This document shows, piece after piece, positions 50,307 to 61,811 of a stretch of DNA of 64,000 bases (positions are counted from its first letter, which is position 1; each line of letters begins with the position of its first letter). The DNA lies in the NCBI RefSeq assembly GCF_000981445.1, contig NC_027217.1:2108001-2172000 (forward strand). The letters run 5' to 3'. The DNA is from Babesia bigemina. Lineage: Eukaryota. The notes below the pieces were generated by a model. That model was not told the DNA's origin. It saw only the letters and a program-made list of their open reading frames with translations, and did no database searches. The position numbers and the translations under genes were made by a program.

Positions 50307-50650
50307 TTATAACCACCAGAGGCAACTAAACAGCCCTTTTAAAAAGCGAATGGGGTGCCGTCATATCCAATATGTTAGGCCGATGAGCATTGCTATGAGG
50401 ATAGAGACAACGTACACGAAAGCGTATGAGCATCCCACGCTATCTCCATGACGACAAAGTCCACGTTACTTTAGTGTCAGAACATTCACAATCGTCGTCC
50501 AAATATCATCCTCTGTACCCTTTCCTACACAACGATGAACAACTTAATGGAAGTCGAATATCCCACCCGCGTGAAGTCCCGGTGAAGTGACGAGACTCCA
50601 CTAAAGAAATATCAAACACTAATGCAATACGTACGTGGCATCTCTGCCAT
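50307..50650 (-). pseudogene. Small Cys/TM family member D, pseudogene; exons 50650-50635 and 50524-50307
   Basis: Manual translation MAEMPRKGTEDDIWTTIVNVLTLK*RGLCRHGDSVGCSYAFVYVVSILIAMLIGLTYWI*RHPIRFLKGLFSCLWWL; two in-frame stops; homologous to A, B and C; absent from the ORF track. Confidence 0.8.
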
Positions 50651-52303
50651 GCTCATAGATCAGGGTCATAAGTAACCTGTTTACCTATTCACAAGGCGTC
50701 GTACATTTCACAGCATGTAGGGAGTTGCCGTAGATCAGGTAACGGACACTACTGCATCAACCGTCCATTCAACTGCAGACGTAGTGACGACAAAAGCGCG
50801 CTCTGTCAGATTTAATTCAGTAATACAGGCCCACCTCCACTCATGTAATAGCAGCTCACTTTGGCATCTACTGTTGCACGACCATGTTAATACATAACCT
50901 CGTGTCGTAACATAATCAGTTATAAAAAACTAACTTCAGTGTCAAATGCTATATGCATATATGGCTAAAACCAACGTTGCCGTAGTGTTTTTATAGGCAA
51001 CTGTTCTTTGTATTATTTGACGTATGATATGAGACGATGTGAGACCTTCGCAGGTGTTAGTTCGATGTCTGCACGGCTATCACGCTGCTTCATAGCGTAA
51101 ACCAATTACACATATCTGCCTTTCTATTCGCCACCTTTTTTATCGGCGTAAGTCTCTTATACACGGATGATTCCCAACTCAACCTACGTGACATGCACTA
51201 TTTGAGCGTGACTTAAAACATATTTTATATACACTTCTACTCGCAAATTTCGTTCATATCGTGCTCTTGTTTTTCGTTGGATATCGTAGGGTGAATTGCC
51301 GTGCTTCATGCAATTCTAAAATACATATATGCTACCTCATCCATTTGTCCAGCAAAAAACATTTTAAAATATGTATTCGCGCTGATCGGATTCAACCGAC
51401 TTTGGGATTCCACCTGCCATCACAAAGTCACAGATGACAGGCTTAACGTTGTAGTTAAGTTTATTATTGTACAAAACAGATACTATGTTTTATTGAACAT
51501 TGCTTCAAGTATTGGTTCCGCCTTGCGGCGAGATCCGTACTCAGAAGTGAGAGGAATTAGAAGGTATTACGCTAACAGTGATTGTAAACCTTCAACTTAT
51601 GTAAATGGCGAGTTGCCAGAAAATTTTGTATCTCTGAAATTGTCGATACAAGGGAAAGCCTCACACTGAAGAAGGTAATTGTTTACAGGGTTTAAGACTA
51701 ATACCTTAAGCACTTTTTAAACGTCATAAACATAAGTATGCTCGCCTTAGCATATTACATGATCCCGAGTTCAATCGCTCAACTGAACCGTGGTTGTTGC
51801 TGCAGACCACATGATGGAAATGCTAAAGGAATTATTGATAGAAAATGGACAGCCTGTAACTGCGAACTTCTAAGAGCCAAACGAATTAGAACTAGATGGA
51901 AGCATACATCATTAAACGACAAACGCTATTTCGGAACGAATCTTCCCAACGTGTCAGAGCTTGATTCCTGCTGGAGCTCTTGTATTGGTAGGGGTGCGAA
52001 TAGGACTACACATCGCTCCAACTCAACATAACCAAGCAAACATAACTAATTCTTGATCCCATCCTGTTTTGATAACATGCTTTAACCCAGTAACGCCGTC
52101 GGTATCTCAAGCATGCACACGGCGCTTGCAATACTTCGTACGCCGACCAGAACGTTGCAAGACTGAAACAACAAATTCGGGTTATTAGTGGAACACCATA
52201 TAAGTTCAACAACTTTGTGAGGCAAAGTGCTGTGTTAGACATCAAATGTAACCGTGTGTGGTGGACCTGTGGTTGATCAGCTTACAATGCGTCAAAACAG
52301 ACA

Positions 52304-52734
52304 ATGGGAAGCATTATGGATTTTGCATATGCTCAGGCAGTAGAATCCATAAGAAACGTAATTACTCCATGTGTGCGTTACGGTCACTAGGGCATCGCAA
52401 ATCACAAGTTCCATCACATTCCGAGTAGGTTGTCCATTGTTGTGCAGGGATGGTTGACGAGCAACGCATTTTAAGAACTCTGGCAGGTGGTTGGTCGTTG
52501 CTTTCGGAGACACTAAAATCGTATGGAGAGAGAGTTTGGCATATTCTAATTCTGAAGAGCTGCCCTTTGTGTAAGGTTGGTTCATATGGTAACGGTGATA
52601 GAACGAGCAAAACATGTGAACTCGGTTGTGTATATTTTGTCTCTCTCTTTCTTTCAATGATGATAGGTTTAATATATTACGTGGCAAAACACCCGATATT
52701 CTTTCTAAAAGGCATTTTTTGTTGCTTCTTCTGA
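52304..52734 (+). CDS. Small Cys-rich single-TM protein, family member A; exons 52304-52370 and 52448-52734
   Basis: MGSIMDFAYAQAVESIRNVITP/W..VWHILILKSCPLC..CVYFVSLFLSMMIGLIYYVAKHPIFFLKGIFCCFF; phase-1 GT..CAG intron (exon 1 less certain). Confidence 0.7.
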
Positions 52735-53401
52735 TCCAAGCCTGTAATCGCATACCCCTATGAACTGCAAGAATCTCACGTAGCCATTCTGTACCACGCT
52801 ACATCCAGCCCCAAGTTGTTAGCGTTTCTACGAATGATAATCGTTCGTGTAACACATGAACGGTAGGAGTTTTTTTGAGACACTCCGAAATAGTGACGCC
52901 CATGGTTGCCATACAGTTCGTGTTTTACTTTAATGACAGACGCAGTGCGTTTCACGAATTGACAGGCCGTTTATGATCTTGTACATACCTGTGATAGGTG
53001 TAAATGCTGCGGAAAGGCAGGTTCATCGCATTAATACAAACACATTGCCTTATAACCACCGATACGCCTAGATTAGGCAACGTACTTGCTGTGTAACTCG
53101 GGCATAATTGTATAGATGTCGTAATTCCTGGTGAGCATAGGTGAAAGATGTAATGGCCTCTTATGTTTCTTGGAAGTCGGCACAGTGGCGCTTGGACGGT
53201 TAGATCTGAAATATTTACGCAACAACGCTACAATCTTCCCTTTGCTAGGGTTCATTGATGGTTGTAATGCGTATGCGCGAGCGACAGGCAATATTGTTGT
53301 GATGTGTAGGGGCAGTCGAGTCGTTGAGTGTCTTCTCGATGTTTCGTTAAAGGAACCATTTTTGTAAGGGCATACGATGGCATCATATAATCTAGAATAA
53401 G

Positions 53402-54035
53402 ATGTACTTTGTAGTCGAACAATGGAAGATTATAAATGTGAAGCCGTCGCAGTTGGGTCCAAGCTACCAGCAGAACATCGAGGAGATGCTGCGGAATCAG
53501 GTCGAAGGCCACTGTAGTTCGAAATACGGTTATGTTGTCTGTGTCATCCGCATAATTAAGAACGAAATCGGCCGTGTCCAGGATGGCACAGGCATGATCG
53601 TGGTGAATGTGAAATACCAGGCCATCGTTTTTAAGCCCTTTAACGACGAGGTAGGTTGTTAAGTAGGTTTTATTAACCAGTGTGTTTGTCGTGTAAATTA
53701 CACATTCGCCGATGAGTGATGAGCTGTATGAGACAGAGCACTTCATTGTGTCACAGGTCCTAGACGCGGTAGTGACGGACGTGAACAAGCTTGGCTTTTT
53801 TGCGCAAGCTGGGCCACTTAAGGCATTCGTATCGCGCACTGCCATTCAACCGAGCTTCGTATACGACAACGACGCGGCGAATCCGTGCTACTCTGACGGG
53901 ACGATCAGCATAAAGCCGCAGACTGAAGTTCGTATGCGGATTCAGGGTATACGCTACGACAATTCTAACATGTTCGCAATCGCAACGGTGAACGCGGATT
54001 ATTTGGGAGCGTTCGAAAATTACTCTAATGTGTGA
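53402..54035 (+). CDS. RPB7: RNA polymerase II subunit RPB7, copy 1; exons 53402-53650 and 53757-54035
   Basis: VEGHCSSKYGYVVCV, YQAIVFKPFNDE/VLDAVVTDVNKLGFFAQAGPL, ADYLG. Confidence 0.95.
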
Positions 54036-54420
54036 TGGGCTTGTGGCCGTTTCTTCCCAACTTCAGTCACGGCGTGGAGGCATATTACTTTTGTCGCACG
54101 ATATCGCAACGTAATTTAGCACGATGAATTTAGATGGTATTTTCGGCGTGCCGAGTCCTATAAGCGCTTCTATAAGGAATTGGCACGGTTATACTCACCG
54201 TTCTGGACGTGGTTCTCGGAGGCATACACATTTAGCTGCTCCGGTATGACACATTTCTGCACTGAATGTGGTGCATATCGGTTATTTAGTGCGATATAAC
54301 GAGGTAGACTTCCATCGTATGCTTCGGCGCTACACCTACCCTTTGAAGGTGTTTATAGACAGCGAGATTCCGTCATACCTTTACGTAAATGTTTAATGCA
54401 CGTTGCAGCGCAGCTATGTT

Positions 54421-55050
54421 ATGTTGTCTTGTGTCCTGAGATATCGTATGCTGCCCCGGATTCTTTTCCTGGTCTCCTTGCGGATCACTTCCACACTGAG
54501 GTATTCTCGGCTAATAGAGCGTTGGACAGGTTCTCACCTCACTCCACAGCTACCAGAGAGCGGCAATAAAATGATTGGTAGAACGCTTCCAAGTGACGTA
54601 TTAGATTCGAGGCTGCTAACGGATGATGGAGGTGAGACTACGCTTCGCTCGATTCTATCAGACTTGCCCAGCGATCGCAAAGGCTTGGTTATGTTTTTAT
54701 TCCCTAGCATAGACACACCGTTTTGCACCGCACAGGCATGTGCCTTCAGCTCGTCTACCGAATTATTCCAGTCCCTTGGGTACCAAGTCTACGGATTGAC
54801 GCGAGTGTCAGGACGCTCGACTGCGGATTGGATAAAAAGACATGAACTAAACTTCGCCATCCTTATGGATCCGGATTGGACCGTCATTAAATACTTCAGG
54901 TGTACTTGGATGTATTTCTTGATTAATAGGTCACATGCGATCATTAGGCGTGATGGCAAGGTTTTGGCGTTGGAACGAGGTGTCCCCGCTCATCAGTCCG
55001 CGTCAAGAGTGCTTGAAATAATCAAGGCGTTACCATCAACTGATAGATGA
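54421..55050 (+). CDS. Peroxiredoxin Q / BCP-type peroxiredoxin, copy 1
   Basis: FPSIDTPFCTAQAC (PxxxTxxC with a second Cys 5 residues later), NRSHAII..DGKV; Arg-rich N-terminal extension. Confidence 0.88.
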   Translation: MLSCVLRYRMLPRILFLVSLRITSTLRYSRLIERWTGSHLTPQLPESGNKMIGRTLPSDVLDSRLLTDDGGETTLRSILSDLPSDRKGLVMFLFPSIDTPFCTAQACAFSSSTELFQSLGYQVYGLTRVSGRSTADWIKRHELNFAILMDPDWTVIKYFRCTWMYFLINRSHAIIRRDGKVLALERGVPAHQSASRVLEIIKALPSTDR

Positions 55051-55994
55051 AGGTGTTTATTTGTGCCAATAGATAAGTGCACTATGGATATGCTGATGCT
55101 CACTTGCCAGCATCTGTATGTGCAATGCTCCACTAAATTGCGAACGCTGGTGACGGAAAGCAGATTCCATAATCACGAGGGGAAAGCAGCATCGCTACAC
55201 CCAATAATATCCGAAACAGTGATAACGTCAGATGCAGTTATGGGTAACTGTGAGCGACTATAGCATACGTGACGCAGATCTGCCATCTTGAGGCGCGGCA
55301 AACGACACAGCCCCTTCACCGTGTCCTCTGGGGTAGTTGTGATCATGGACACCTGAGTCATCAGGGTCTTCGCAAGAAGGCTGTGGATCGGACGAAATTG
55401 CAGAATGGTACGACTACCACAATCAGCTGTATCGATATTTGAATGCCAGTAATGCAAGCCCCAAACAATGAGACAACAGATTGTCGTACCACCCGGCTCA
55501 AAGTGATGCGAATGGCTCATTGAGACGAATGTTTCGCATCATTTAATGAGGCAGTTAGGAACTCTTGGCGAATTGGTAGGCGGCGGGTAAGTCCTACAAT
55601 GCGAAGCCCAGATGGCAACGGTTTCTAAACTGCTTCCGTAGGCTCAACTGCATTCCACCGAAATGCAGCAGTTAATGAGCAGTATATAACACCACACACA
55701 CACAGACAAGTATTATCAAACGCGCAAACATCGCAGCAATCTTCGATGAACAAGTCGCAGAAAGTACGGAGTGTGCGTCATCTCGTGGCATCTATTATGT
55801 CAATATGTGGCGAATTTACGTTGTGGCTGTGTAAAAAGATTTCAAACGGTACAATGCACCCGTAACTGACTTACATACTGCTATTATCTAAAGCCGATGA
55901 TGCGTATAACACTAGCACACTGGCACAGGATGTAACATGGCTACAGGGAGCCTGCGATAGATCCTTAGATTTTATGCGCCTCTGCGAAGGTAGG

Positions 55995-56329
55995 CTATAA
56001 ACACCAGATGCAACAAAACAACCCTTTTAAAAGCGGGTTGGATTCCGTAATATATAACATATCACGCCGATCAACATTGCGATGAGGAAAGAGACAACAT
56101 ATACAAGCAAATTCGCTCTTATTAGCGCCACTTTCAAAACGCTTAGCACATAACGGACACTTTTTCAGTTGCAGAACTTCCAAAACATATTTCAAATATA
56201 AGTCCTGGTATGCTGCACATCTATAAACAAATTATGGAAAAAATAGCCCCCAGGAGTCTGACACAGCGGCACTACACTAAACGACACACATGGTAGAATC
56301 ATGGACTGCATACCTCTAAGCGATGCCAT
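55995..56329 (-). CDS. Small Cys-rich family member B with internally frameshifted TM segment, copy 1; exons 56329-56314 and 56212-55995
   Basis: MASLR/AYQDLYLKYVLEVLQLKKCPLC..LLKGLFCCIWCL (77 aa); phase-1 GTATGC..CAG intron. Confidence 0.7.
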
Positions 56330-58153
56330 TTTTGACAAAACGATGTAATACATGGCTCTTTTCAAGACAGGCAATAAGCCGTCTAAGCGGCTCTTTGACT
56401 AGCCTGGTTCCATTTACCACAACTCTAATACACGGTGAACGTACATAGTAACCACGTGCGTTACCAAATCAAATTATGCGCATAATGATCATTACATTGC
56501 GCTATAATACGTATCCAAGTAAACATCTACATATTATGTTACTCCAATTTACCAGACTGACTGTGACGTTAGAATGCAGAGGCGTGTGGCAACGTGTCCA
56601 ATCGTACCAGATGGTCACTTCATTGAACTGCACCATGTCATCTCCATAGATGTTGTAAACGACAACAAATTTAGCGTTTGTTATGCAATCGTTTTTATAT
56701 TATTCTAAACCTCATGAAATGCTGTGAAATGCTCGCACGTATTATCTCGACATTTGCGCCGAATGGTTTGACTTCAACTCATCCAACTGAAAGACACGTC
56801 ACTCGCACCACGCATTCCATGTCATTATTCATTGGCGAATATCCAAAAAAGCGACTCTGTTAACATCAGCTGAGGTAAAGATGCTCGGGAATGCAATTTT
56901 ACAACGTGACACCTTATATAGCATAGATCAAAATCTTCGTTATATGGGACTTGTGTCGAGGGTGATAATGCAGCACAGATGTCATAGAATCCAATAACTT
57001 CCCCGCCTCTACGTATCCGGATTTTTACAAGTTGAACATGGCGTAAAATACTAGTTGGTGTATCTCTAATTCACACATTGTATTCTAACCATGATAATTC
57101 TGAGCGTCCCACTTTATAGCTTGAACAGTTGCGTCTCTCGCAATGCTAGCGCAATTTCTACACAGTTTTAATGCCATGCGTCTAACACGCCGACGCACTT
57201 AACACACCAGCACTGTTGAGATGTGCCCACTTTTTAAATGCACTTGTCAGTACACTCTCGTTACTGACAAATATACCGCCATAGATACGTTTGTGATCAT
57301 GCAAACTTGATAAAACTCTCTTGCGCAAACGTGGCTTCAACCATTATTGCTGCTGCTTCGCCATGCAACTCAATTAGAGATGTAATGACGGATTGAATTA
57401 TCGGAGATAGTAAAAGTTATGGCCACAGATACAACCCTAAATGGTGAATACTGATATTATTATAAAGTCGCGAAACAATGTTACATTGGCAGCCAACTCG
57501 TGGTCATATGTGCAATAGTTTAAGGCATGTTGGTGAATAATGCTTATGTAAGCTACAGAGCGCGATTATTGCGTTATTTGTTGTCGATTTTCATGCAACC
57601 AAGCTCCTCTGTTCACCTGGTCTATAGTGATTACGACAGCAAAAAGCAGTTGGTGAACTAAAGTGAAGTAATTCTGATGGCAAATAAATAAAGGATAATC
57701 TTGAGTCTCTATAAAACGAATAAATTGAGAAAAGGCGGCGGCATACAGTATTGAACAACAAATGAGCCGCAGTGTTATAATGAAGCTTGGTAAGTGCCTG
57801 TGAAAGTAAATCCCGTCAAGAACCCTTGTGTTGTTCCGTCTGGGAAGGCGACTGCACATTGCCCGACGCTACAACAACAAACACCGTTGATAACATCTTG
57901 TTCATATTTTACCATAATTGCAGTATTCTATGCGGTAGCTCCGTCGGTGGTACTGTCATGCAAATGGTACCTTGTACACCCCGCGCCCAGATTGCGATAT
58001 TGCGCAACGGAAGCTATGATTTCGAATGATGTTTAAGGCATAATGTCACATTAACTATTGTGTAGGATGAATAACTCAGCTACATACTAAATGCAACAGT
58101 CTGTTGGAGCCACACTTAACCTTAGTGAAAGGCGCCAACAGGCTACGAGAAAC

Positions 58154-58551
58154 ATGACGGATGCAATACAAACCGTCGAAGTTAATAGTTCAAGTAAGTA
58201 CGTTGCTGCATACTTATATTGTTATAACTAACGTACCCCATTCGCCAAGCTTCATCACGTTCCTGGTAGATATTTCATGTCAGTGCAGGTCCGTCTGCAG
58301 CCAGTAAAGAAAATTTAATCTCTGGTATTCTGCTTGCGCTGGTAGCGTTCTGGTTCCAATTGAAAAAAGGTTGGGATGAAGTTTGGAAAGTTCTGTCACT
58401 GGAGCACTGCCCATTATGTGTTAAACCGCATTGCGGGAAGTATTGCGTCTATGTTATCAGTATTTGCCTCATACTCTTCATTGGCTTACTGTATTACGTG
58501 CTATGTAATCCGTTGCGATTCTTCAAGGGCATTTTTTGTTGCTTCTTCTGA
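58154..58551 (+). CDS. Small Cys-rich TM protein, family member C (junction chimera with the 3' end of A); exons 58154-58193 and 58289-58551
   Basis: 100 aa: MTDAIQTVEVNSS/SPSAASKENLISGILLALVAFWFQLKKGWDEVWKVLSLEHCPLCVKPHCGKYCVYVISICLILFIGLLYYVLCNPLRFFKGIFCCFF; GTAAGT..CAG phase-1 intron. Confidence 0.8.
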
Positions 58552-59218
58552 TCCAAGCCTGTAATCGCATACCCCTATGAACTGCAAGAATCTCACGTAG
58601 CCATTCTGTACCACGCTACATCCAGCCCCAAGTTGTTAGCGTTTCTACGAATGATAATCGTTCGTGTAACACATGAACGGTAGGAGTTTTTTTGAGACAC
58701 TCCGAAATAGTGACGCCCATGGTTGCCATACAGTTCGTGTTTTACTTTAATGACAGACGCAGTGCGTTTCACGAATTGACAGGCCGTTTATGATCTTGTA
58801 CATACCTGTGATAGGTGTAAATGCTGCGGAAAGGCAGGTTCATCGCATTAATACAAACACATTGCCTTATAACCACCGATACGCCTAGATTAGGCAACGT
58901 ACTTGCTGTGTAACTCGGGCATAATTGTATAGATGTCGTAATTCCTGGTGAGCATAGGTGAAAGATGTAATGGCCTCTTATGTTTCTTGGAAGTCGGCAC
59001 AGTGGCGCTTGGACGGTTAGATCTGAAATATTTACGCAACAACGCTACAATCTTCCCTTTGCTAGGGTTCATTGATGGTTGTAATGCGTATGCGCGAGCG
59101 ACAGGCAATATTGTTGTGATGTGTAGGGGCAGTCGAGTCGTTGAGTGTCTTCTCGATGTTTCGTTAAAGGAACCATTTTTGTAAGGGCATACGATGGCAT
59201 CATATAATCTAGAATAAG

Positions 59219-59852
59219 ATGTACTTTGTAGTCGAACAATGGAAGATTATAAATGTGAAGCCGTCGCAGTTGGGTCCAAGCTACCAGCAGAACATCGAGG
59301 AGATGCTGCGGAATCAGGTCGAAGGCCACTGTAGTTCGAAATACGGTTATGTTGTCTGTGTCATCCGCATAATTAAGAACGAAATCGGCCGTGTCCAGGA
59401 TGGCACAGGCATGATCGTGGTGAATGTGAAATACCAGGCCATCGTTTTTAAGCCCTTTAACGACGAGGTAGGTTGTTAAGTAGGTTTTATTAACCAGTGT
59501 GTTTGTCGTGTAAATTACACATTCGCCGATGAGTGATGAGCTGTATGAGACAGAGCACTTCATTGTGTCACAGGTCCTAGACGCGATAGTGACGGACGTG
59601 AACAAGCTTGGCTTTTTTGCGCAAGCTGGGCCACTTAAGGCATTCGTATCGCGCACTGCCATTCAACCGAGCTTCGTATACGACAACGACGCGGCGAATC
59701 CGTGCTACTCTGACGGGACGATCAGCATAAAGCCGCAGACTGAAGTTCGTATGCGGATTCAGGGTATACGCTACGACAATTCTAACATGTTCGCAATCGC
59801 AACGGTGAACGCGGATTATTTGGGAGCGTTCGAAAATTACTCTAATGTGTGA
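59219..59852 (+). CDS. RPB7: RNA polymerase II subunit RPB7, copy 2 (V to I change)
   Basis: Identical to copy 1 except LDAIVT versus LDAVVT. Confidence 0.93.
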
Positions 59853-60237
59853 TGGGCTTGTGGCCGTTTCTTCCCAACTTCAGTCACGGCGTGGAGGCAT
59901 ATTACTTTTGTCGCACGATATCGCAACGTAATTTAGCACGATGAATTTAGATGGTATTTTCGGCGTGCCGAGTCCTATAAGCGCTTCTATAAGGAATTGG
60001 CACGGTTATACTCACCGTTCTGGACGTGGTTCTCGGAGGCATACACATTTAGCTGCTCCGGTATGACACATTTCTGCACTGAATGTGGTGCATATCGGTT
60101 ATTTAGTGCGATATAACGAGGTAGACTTCCATCGTATGCTTCGGCGCTACACCTACCCTTTGAAGGTGTTTATAGACAGCGAGATTCCGTCATACCTTTA
60201 CGTAAATGTTTAATGCACGTTGCAGCGCAGCTATGTT

Positions 60238-60867
60238 ATGTTGTCTTGTGTCCTGAGATATCGTATGCTGCCCCGGATTCTTTTCCTGGTCTCCTTGCGG
60301 ATCACTTCCACACTGAGGTATTCTCGGCTAATAGAGCGTTGGACAGGTTCTCACCTCACTCCACAGCGACCAGAGAGCGGCAATAAAATGATTGGTAGAA
60401 CGCTTCCAAGTGACGTATTAGATTCGAGGCTGCTAACGGATGATGGAGGTGAGACTACGCTTCGCTCGATTCTATCAGACTTGCCCAGCGATCGCAAAGG
60501 CTTGGTTATGTTTTTATTCCCTAGCATAGACACACCGTTTTGCACCGCACAGGCATGTGCCTTCAGCTCGTCTACCGAATTATTCCAGTCCCTTGGGTAC
60601 CAAGTCTACGGATTGACGCGAGTGTCAGGACGCTCGACTGCGGATTGGATAAAAAGACATGAACTAAACTTCGCCATCCTTATGGATCCGGATTGGACCG
60701 TCATTAAATACTTCAGGTGTACTTGGATGTATTTCTTGATTAATAGGTCACATGCGATCATTAGGCGTGATGGCAAGGTTTTGGCGTTGGAACGAGGTGT
60801 CCCCGCTCATCAGTCCGCGTCAAGAGTGCTTGAAATAATCAAGGCGTTACCATCAACTGATAGATGA
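60238..60867 (+). CDS. Peroxiredoxin Q / BCP-type, copy 2 (L to R change)
   Basis: Identical to copy 1 except PQRPE versus PQLPE. Confidence 0.87.
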   Translation: MLSCVLRYRMLPRILFLVSLRITSTLRYSRLIERWTGSHLTPQRPESGNKMIGRTLPSDVLDSRLLTDDGGETTLRSILSDLPSDRKGLVMFLFPSIDTPFCTAQACAFSSSTELFQSLGYQVYGLTRVSGRSTADWIKRHELNFAILMDPDWTVIKYFRCTWMYFLINRSHAIIRRDGKVLALERGVPAHQSASRVLEIIKALPSTDR

Positions 60868-61811
60868 AGGTGTTTATTTGTGCCAATAGATAAGTGCACT
60901 ATGGATATGCTGATGCTCACTTGCCAGCATCTGTATGTGCAATGCTCCACTAAATTGCGAACGCTGGTGACGGAAAGCAGATTCCATAATCACGAGGGGA
61001 AAGCAGCATCGCTACACCCAATAATATCCGAAACAGTGATAACGTCAGATGCAGTTATGGGTAACTGTGAGCGACTATAGCATACGTGACGCAGATCTGC
61101 CATCTTGAGGCGCGGCAAACGACACAGCCCCTTCACCGTGTCCTCTGGGGTAGTTGTGATCATGGACACCTGAGTCATCAGGGTCTTCGCAAGAAGGCTG
61201 TGGATCGGACGAAATTGCAGAATGGTACGACTACCACAATCAGCTGTATCGATATTTGAATGCCAGTAATGCAAGCCCCAAACAATGAGACAACAGATTG
61301 TCGTACCACCCGGCTCAAAGTGATGCGAATGGCTCATTGAGACGAATGTTTCGCATCATTTAATGAGGCAGTTAGGAACTCTTGGCGAATTGGTAGGCGG
61401 CGGGTAAGTCCTACAATGCGAAGCCCAGATGGCAACGGTTTCTAAACTGCTTCCGTAGGCTCAACTGCATTCCACCGAAATGCAGCAGTTAATGAGCAGT
61501 ATATAACACCACACACACACAGACAAGTATTATCAAACGCGCAAACATCGCAGCAATCTTCGATGAACAAGTCGCAGAAAGTACGGAGTGTGCGTCATCT
61601 CGTGGCATCTATTATGTCAATATGTGGCGAATTTACGTTGTGGCTGTGTAAAAAGATTTCAAACGGTACAATGCACCCGTAACTGACTTACATACTGCTA
61701 TTATCTAAAGCCGATGATGCGTATAACACTAGCACACTGGCACAGGATGTAACATGGCTACAGGGAGCCTGCGATAGATCCTTAGATTTTATGCGCCTCT
61801 GCGAAGGTAGG

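Larger units (their letters stand above)
52711..58527. repeat. 5,817-bp direct tandem segmental duplication, copy 1
   Basis: All ORFs recur at a +5817 offset; identity begins at ggcattttttgttgcttcttctga (52711 = 58528). Confidence 0.97.

Noticed and set aside
50307..50460. In-frame TGA in D as selenocysteine or programmed readthrough
   Set aside because: An upstream in-frame TAA and loss of the CPLC motif point to ordinary pseudogenisation; the TGA does not align with a conserved Cys
49365..52303. AT-rich gene-poor stretch as a centromere or ncRNA locus
   Set aside because: Only moderately AT-rich, contains a family pseudogene, and no tRNA/snRNA structure was recognised by eye; not excluded without Infernal or ChIP data
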